Source of the DNA: an uncultured Anaerolineae bacterium
GTDB lineage: Bacteria; Chloroflexota; Anaerolineae; Aggregatilineales; UBA3940
Assembly: GCA_964506005.1 (NCBI GenBank)
Contig: CAZDLX010000001.1
Span: 35,620-59,619 of the forward strand
DNA length: 24,000 nucleotides
Direction: 5' to 3'
The notes beneath the pieces were generated by a model, which saw nothing but the letters and a program-made list of their open reading frames with translations, was not told the origin of the DNA and did not search any database. The translations under genes and the position numbers were made by a program. Shown piece after piece: positions 20,720 through 24,000 of the stretch; positions within the stretch are counted from its first letter, which is position 1, and each line of letters starts with the position of its first letter.

Positions 20720-22252
20720 TTAATGCGCCAGGTTGAGCCGGCGTCGCAGCAGGGTGAGATCCTGCTGGTTAAGTAACGGGCTGACCGTAATGACGGGTAG
20801 TGGTGAGGTCGAAAGGGTGGCGGTGCTGATGACGGCGTCGGCTGTCTGGCTGTCAATAGTGCTCAAATGGCTGATCGGGATGACGTCAACTATCTCGACT
20901 TCGGGCAGCTCCTCTCCGATGCGATACACCAGCATCTGAACCGTAATGCCGCCGGTTGGGCATGCAATAATGACGCGCAGCGCCGGGCTGCTCTTGATCA
21001 ACAGGCGCTCAGCCAGCGCAAGGTACATCGTAATGAACGCGATCTCGTCCTCGGGCAGCAGCCGTGCCAGATCCTCCGCGTCGAGCAGAGATTTCACCGA
21101 CAGCCACATTTCGGGGTAGGCCTGCCGGACCTCTCGCTCAAGCGGGTTGTGGACGGGCAAGCCGTGGCGAAGGCGTGTGATGCTGCGCGCGAGATGGGCT
21201 TCCAGCCGGGCCACGACATCGGCAGTGACGGGTGAAGTGCCGATGCGAGGTTCGATCCCGTGAGCCAGCCTGTGGGTGATCTGGCGAGCGATGGCCTCGA
21301 TGTCGGGAGTGGGTGGAGCAGCGGGCATCGACTCGCCAGAGAGCGAAGCGGAAATGAGCAGGACAAACTGGGCGATCTCGGCAGCCGGGAGGGGGAATTC
21401 GCCTGCTGTGCGTGAATTCAGATGTTCGCTTACTGCGCGGTACTCGTGCCGCGCCCTGAGTTCTTCGATCTGCTGGCGGCGCATCTGCACGGCGCAGCCC
21501 CTGGCGAGACGCCGCCGGGTGAGCGCCCAGTACAACGCCAGCGTGAGATGGGTGAAATCGGCGTGCGGTATCTTCAGCCGCTTGAAGATGGCCCCCACAT
21601 CGTCCCACGCTTCGTCGAGCTGCCACCCCAGCACTTCGTCCACGATCAGCCGCTGTGCCGGCGTGAGTTCGGGCGCGCAATCCCTATCGCGGGTGGCGTC
21701 GTTCAGACAGTAGTCGAGCAGCGGCCCCGCCAGATCGAAGTCGAGGAGAAGGGTAATGGTTGCCTGTCGCCGGTCCTCTTCTCGCCCGATGACCTGGATT
21801 CCCAGCCGGGGGCGGCGCTCCAGAAACAGCTGGTTTTCGGCGCACCAGGACTCAATCTCTATGAGATCGCGGTAAAGGGTTGAAGAGGAAATGGCCAGTT
21901 TGTGCTGAATACTGCGCTTGGTACGGTAATCCCAGCTCGTCAGCAGTTCAAAGAGCAGGACCTGGCGGCGTTCCCGGGGTGAGAGCAGCAGGCGCTGCGG
22001 GGCCGAGGCGTCGAGCTGCTGCAGGATCTGGCCGCGCACGTCATCCGGGGCGTCCAGGTGAATACCCTCCCCGGCAGCGGTGGTGAGGGTGGCCTCACGC
22101 GATGCGAGCCAGAAGGCAATCATGGGGAGGTTATAGCGCACGATGCGTGCCGACAGGCCAAGCTGCCTGCCCAGCGCCCCCGCCGAAACCGGGCCGTGAG
22201 CATTCAGCAGTGCACGCGCGATCGCGACCTGCCGTGAATTGAGCGCCGGCAT
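20720..22252 (-). CDS. PRD-domain transcriptional regulator (MtlR/LicR/ManR-type: HTH-HTH-PRD-PRD-EIIB(Gat)-like), lacking a C-terminal EIIA domain
   Basis: 510 aa. The N-terminal HTH is SAGALGRQLGLSARIVRYNL. The second wHTH is RSIQHKLAISSSTLYRDLIEIESW. Two PRD-like helical regions follow, with LEAHLARSITR retaining the His-x6-Arg pattern. The C-terminal EIIB-like domain carries Cys in LRVIIACPTGGITVQML. Confidence 0.85.
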   Translation of the reverse strand: MPALNSRQVAIARALLNAHGPVSAGALGRQLGLSARIVRYNLPMIAFWLASREATLTTAAGEGIHLDAPDDVRGQILQQLDASAPQRLLLSPRERRQVLLFELLTSWDYRTKRSIQHKLAISSSTLYRDLIEIESWCAENQLFLERRPRLGIQVIGREEDRRQATITLLLDFDLAGPLLDYCLNDATRDRDCAPELTPAQRLIVDEVLGWQLDEAWDDVGAIFKRLKIPHADFTHLTLALYWALTRRRLARGCAVQMRRQQIEELRARHEYRAVSEHLNSRTAGEFPLPAAEIAQFVLLISASLSGESMPAAPPTPDIEAIARQITHRLAHGIEPRIGTSPVTADVVARLEAHLARSITRLRHGLPVHNPLEREVRQAYPEMWLSVKSLLDAEDLARLLPEDEIAFITMYLALAERLLIKSSPALRVIIACPTGGITVQMLVYRIGEELPEVEIVDVIPISHLSTIDSQTADAVISTATLSTSPLPVITVSPLLNQQDLTLLRRRLNLAH

Positions 22253-22579
22253 TATCTATGCTCGCTTCGGTTATTCACTGACCTGCTGAACTTCGGGTTT
22301 ACAGTGAAGAGCCGCACCTATGAGTACCAACACATCACTTCGGGAAACGTTGCGGGTCGAAACTCTTGGCGGGCACGAGCGTGAAGTTAGTACTTAAGCT
22401 CAGTATAAGTGAAAACTGATGAAGGATATAGATCTGATTAGTGTCGATTAGGCTGCGCAGGTCTGTTACAAAATGACACGATTTGGACAGTATGTTCCGG
22501 CAGCTGCTCGCAACCCGCCGTGCCGCAGGGGTGGGCGATGGGCGGCAGGTAATGCCGGTTTAGGTCGCACAGACGGCGC

Positions 22580-22609
22580 TTGACGGGATTAGAACAGGTG
22601 AACTATTAT
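22580..22609 (+). promoter_or_regulatory. Sigma70-type promoter of the DUF1905-DinB-alkylation-repair operon
   Basis: TTGACG (22580-22585), an 18-nt spacer, then TATTAT (22604-22609). Its architecture closely parallels the promoter at 12542-12570. Confidence 0.55.
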
Positions 22610-22644
22610 AAGGGGGTATTCGCCCGCAGTTGGAAGCTCCGCAT

Positions 22645-22938
22645 ATGGTCATCGAGTTTGAATTCGAGGGTGAGATCTGGTTCTGGCGCGGCCCTGCGCC
22701 GTGGTTCTTCGTCACCGTTCCGGAAGAGCTCAGCTACGACATCCAGGGCATATCAGAGCTCGTAACCTACGGCTGGGGCATGATCCCGGTGCACGCTCGT
22801 ATCGGCAGCACCGAGTGGACGACCTCGCTGTGGCCGAAGGATGGCCGCTACATCGTGCCCATCAAGGCGAGTGTCCGGCGGGCGGAAGGCATCGACGAAG
22901 GCGACACGGTAGCCGTGCATCTCGACGTTCGTTTATAA
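22645..22938 (+). CDS. DUF1905 domain protein
   Basis: MVIEFEFEGEIWFWRGPAPWFFVTVP...GMIPVHARIGSTEWTTSLWPKDGRYIVPIK is the typical DUF1905 pattern. I prefer ATG 22645 over TTG 22630 because of the family N-terminus and the parallel with the leader at 12590-12602. Confidence 0.8.
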   Translation: MVIEFEFEGEIWFWRGPAPWFFVTVPEELSYDIQGISELVTYGWGMIPVHARIGSTEWTTSLWPKDGRYIVPIKASVRRAEGIDEGDTVAVHLDVRL

Positions 22939-22974
22939 GCGATACGAGTGTTTCTGCCTGGAGGGGGCAAGGGG

Positions 22975-23496
22975 ATGGCCATTATTGACAACGACATGCT
23001 GTGGCGACAGTTCGGTGCAGCCATCGACATGCTTGGCGAAACTATTCACGACTGCCCGGCTGACCTGTGGGAAGCGCCCCTGTGGGACGACCAGCCCGAT
23101 CAGTGGGTGGCGGCGGGCTTTTCGAAGTTCTGGTATCTGGCCTACCACACGCTGTTCTGGCTGGACCTGTACTTAACCGGTGCGGAGCAGGGCTTTGCCC
23201 CGCCTGAGCCGTTTGCCCTCGTCGAGATGGACGCAGGGGAGTCGCTGCCGCGAACCTACACCCGCGAAGAGCTGCTCGGCTACCTGGACATCTGCCGCCG
23301 CAGGTGCCAGCAGACCATCAGCGCCATGACCGCCGAGCAGGCGAACCGCCTGTGCCGCTTCTCGTGGGCAGAGCTGCCCTTCGCGGAGCTTCAGCTGTAC
23401 AACCTGCGCCACGTGCAGGAGCACGGCGCACAGCTGCGCATGTTCCTGGGGCAGCGGGCCGGAACCCCGGCCGGCTGGGTGCCCCAGGCCCGGTAG
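22975..23496 (+). CDS. DinB-family (DinB_2-like) four-helix-bundle protein
   Basis: The start at ATG 22975 is preceded by GGAGGGGGCAAGGGG. His-containing motifs are GETIHDCP, LAYHTLFWLDLYL and LRHVQEHGAQL. Confidence 0.8.
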   Translation: MAIIDNDMLWRQFGAAIDMLGETIHDCPADLWEAPLWDDQPDQWVAAGFSKFWYLAYHTLFWLDLYLTGAEQGFAPPEPFALVEMDAGESLPRTYTREELLGYLDICRRRCQQTISAMTAEQANRLCRFSWAELPFAELQLYNLRHVQEHGAQLRMFLGQRAGTPAGWVPQAR

Positions 23497-23511
23497 GACT
23501 TGCTGCGACAC

Positions 23512-24000
23512 ATGGCCGAACCATTCAAAAATATGTACAACCGCGAGTCGGTCGCTGTGCTGGCCCAGGCGGTTCATGATGCTTATCCCGCGTTTGACAT
23601 TCCGGCTTTTATGGAGCGCGTCTTCGACACGGGCTGGGATCAGCGCGAGCTGATGGCCCGCAAGCGCCACGTCACACAGGCGCTGGCGGCGGGGCTGCCT
23701 GAAGATTACCGGGCGGCGCTGGACGTGCTGCGCCGGGCGCTGCCGCTGCTGGACAGCCAGCGATTCGAGAAGATGGTCTTTCCCGATTTCGTGGAGGTCT
23801 ACGGGTTGGACGACGTCGAGGCGTCCATAGCGGCTCTGGAGACGTTCACGCAGGCCATCAGCGCCGAGTTCGCCGTCCGCCCGTTCATCGAGCGCTACCC
23901 GGATCGGTTCATGCGGCAGATGCTGGCCTGGGCGGGCCATGAGAGCGAGTACGTACGGCGGCTGGCGAGTGAGGGCAGCCGCCCACGCCTGCCCTGGGGC
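23512..24000 (+). CDS. DNA alkylation repair protein (HEAT-repeat, COG4335/YhaZ-like family), 3' end beyond window
   Basis: This frame is absent from the ORF track because it has no stop within the window. My translation from ATG 23512 gives MAEPFKNMYNRESVAVLAQAV...MVFPDFVEVYGLDD...ISAEFAVRPFIERYP...YVRRLASEGSRPRLPWG. This matches family hallmarks (FKN.YN, SEFAIRPF, VRRLASEG.RPRLPW). The antisense 255-aa ORF at 23173-23940 is a shadow. Confidence 0.8.
   Translation, partial: MAEPFKNMYNRESVAVLAQAVHDAYPAFDIPAFMERVFDTGWDQRELMARKRHVTQALAAGLPEDYRAALDVLRRALPLLDSQRFEKMVFPDFVEVYGLDDVEASIAALETFTQAISAEFAVRPFIERYPDRFMRQMLAWAGHESEYVRRLASEGSRPRLPWG

Noticed and set aside
20701-20856. N-terminal 52-aa extension of ORF 20182-20856.
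   Set aside because: It would overlap the 3' end of the PRD regulator gene by ~137 nt. The internal ATG at 20700 has a near-perfect SD and sits just past the regulator stop.
22264-22345. Three CTTCGG motifs (UUCG-tetraloop look-alikes) at ~22265, ~22291 and ~22338, suggesting a structured RNA.
   Set aside because: The flanking bases do not form supporting stems beyond the closing C-G pair on either strand. This is most likely coincidence.
22511-22527. Sigma54-like element on the minus strand (CGGCACGGCGGGTTGC) upstream of the PTS operon, considered because some PTS regulators (LevR type) use sigma54.
   Set aside because: The GG-to-GC spacing is 11 nt rather than the strict 10. The first base deviates (CGGCAC rather than TGGCAC). 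The adjacent regulator has no sigma54-interaction AAA+ domain.
22590-22603. GAACAGGTGAAC in the promoter at 22580-22609, and GAACAAATGGCT at 12552-12563, considered as canonical Cheo-type LexA boxes (GAAC-N4-GTTC).
   Set aside because: Only the left half-site matches. The right half is GAAC or GGCT, not GTTC. I therefore do not call a canonical SOS box, and the shared motif is reported as an open finding instead.
22630-22644. TTG at 22630 as the DUF1905 start (ORF-track maximum).
   Set aside because: It would lie only ~13 nt from the predicted TSS region. The family N-terminus and the parallel leader at 12590-12602 favour ATG 22645. The TTG start is not excluded.
23173-23940. 255-aa minus-strand ORF spanning the DinB and alkylation-repair genes.
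   Set aside because: The plus strand encodes two recognisable families in tandem with good SD sequences. The minus-strand product is Arg/Leu/Gln/Pro-rich with no recognisable features.
1-24000. Scan for CRISPR arrays, tRNA/rRNA genes, transposase or integrase genes, terminal inverted repeats and prophage-like content.
   Set aside because: None was seen. Composition is uniform except at promoter patches, all large ORFs are accounted for, and there are no regularly spaced direct repeats.

Overview
This is a GC-rich chromosomal segment, roughly two-thirds G+C by eye. Gene content fits a Chloroflexota- or Actinomycetota-like genome, but the lineage cannot be fixed from sequence alone. I support 22 protein-coding genes, one of them truncated at the right edge. 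I see no rRNA, tRNA, CRISPR array, transposase or integrase.

Layout:
(1) 4-8293 is a cyclic-nucleotide signalling neighbourhood. On the minus strand lie a class III cyclase-STAND ATPase-TPR protein, an orphan secreted 4-Cys protein, and a SulP-STAS transporter with a C-terminal cNMP-binding-like domain. A soluble cNMP-binding histidine kinase is transcribed divergently.
(2) 8442-12379 holds an NmrA-like SDR, then a minus-strand unit of SufR/COG2345-like regulator, transaldolase and AIF-like FAD oxidoreductase.
(3) 12602-15882 holds an unusual SRPBCC-PDZ-DinB fusion protein, a polytopic membrane protein and a thermonuclease lipoprotein.
(4) 15896-22252 is an eight-gene minus-strand galactitol-family PTS operon. 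It runs PRD regulator, unknown 172-aa protein, EIIB, EIIC, M42 peptidase, RPE-like epimerase, EIIA, HPr, and resembles the uncharacterised E. coli sgc/frv clusters.
(5) 22580-24000 is a DUF1905 / DinB / YhaZ-like DNA-alkylation-repair operon.

Most worth following up:
- the cyclase/CNB neighbourhood, including a possible bicarbonate-cAMP link and a degenerate CNB pocket on the transporter;
- the unknown gene embedded in the PTS operon;
- the triple-domain DinB fusion;
- a ~60-nt promoter/leader module shared by the two DinB-encoding transcription units, suggesting an unrecognised, possibly damage-inducible, regulon.

All functional calls come from by-eye motif recognition. No database search was run.
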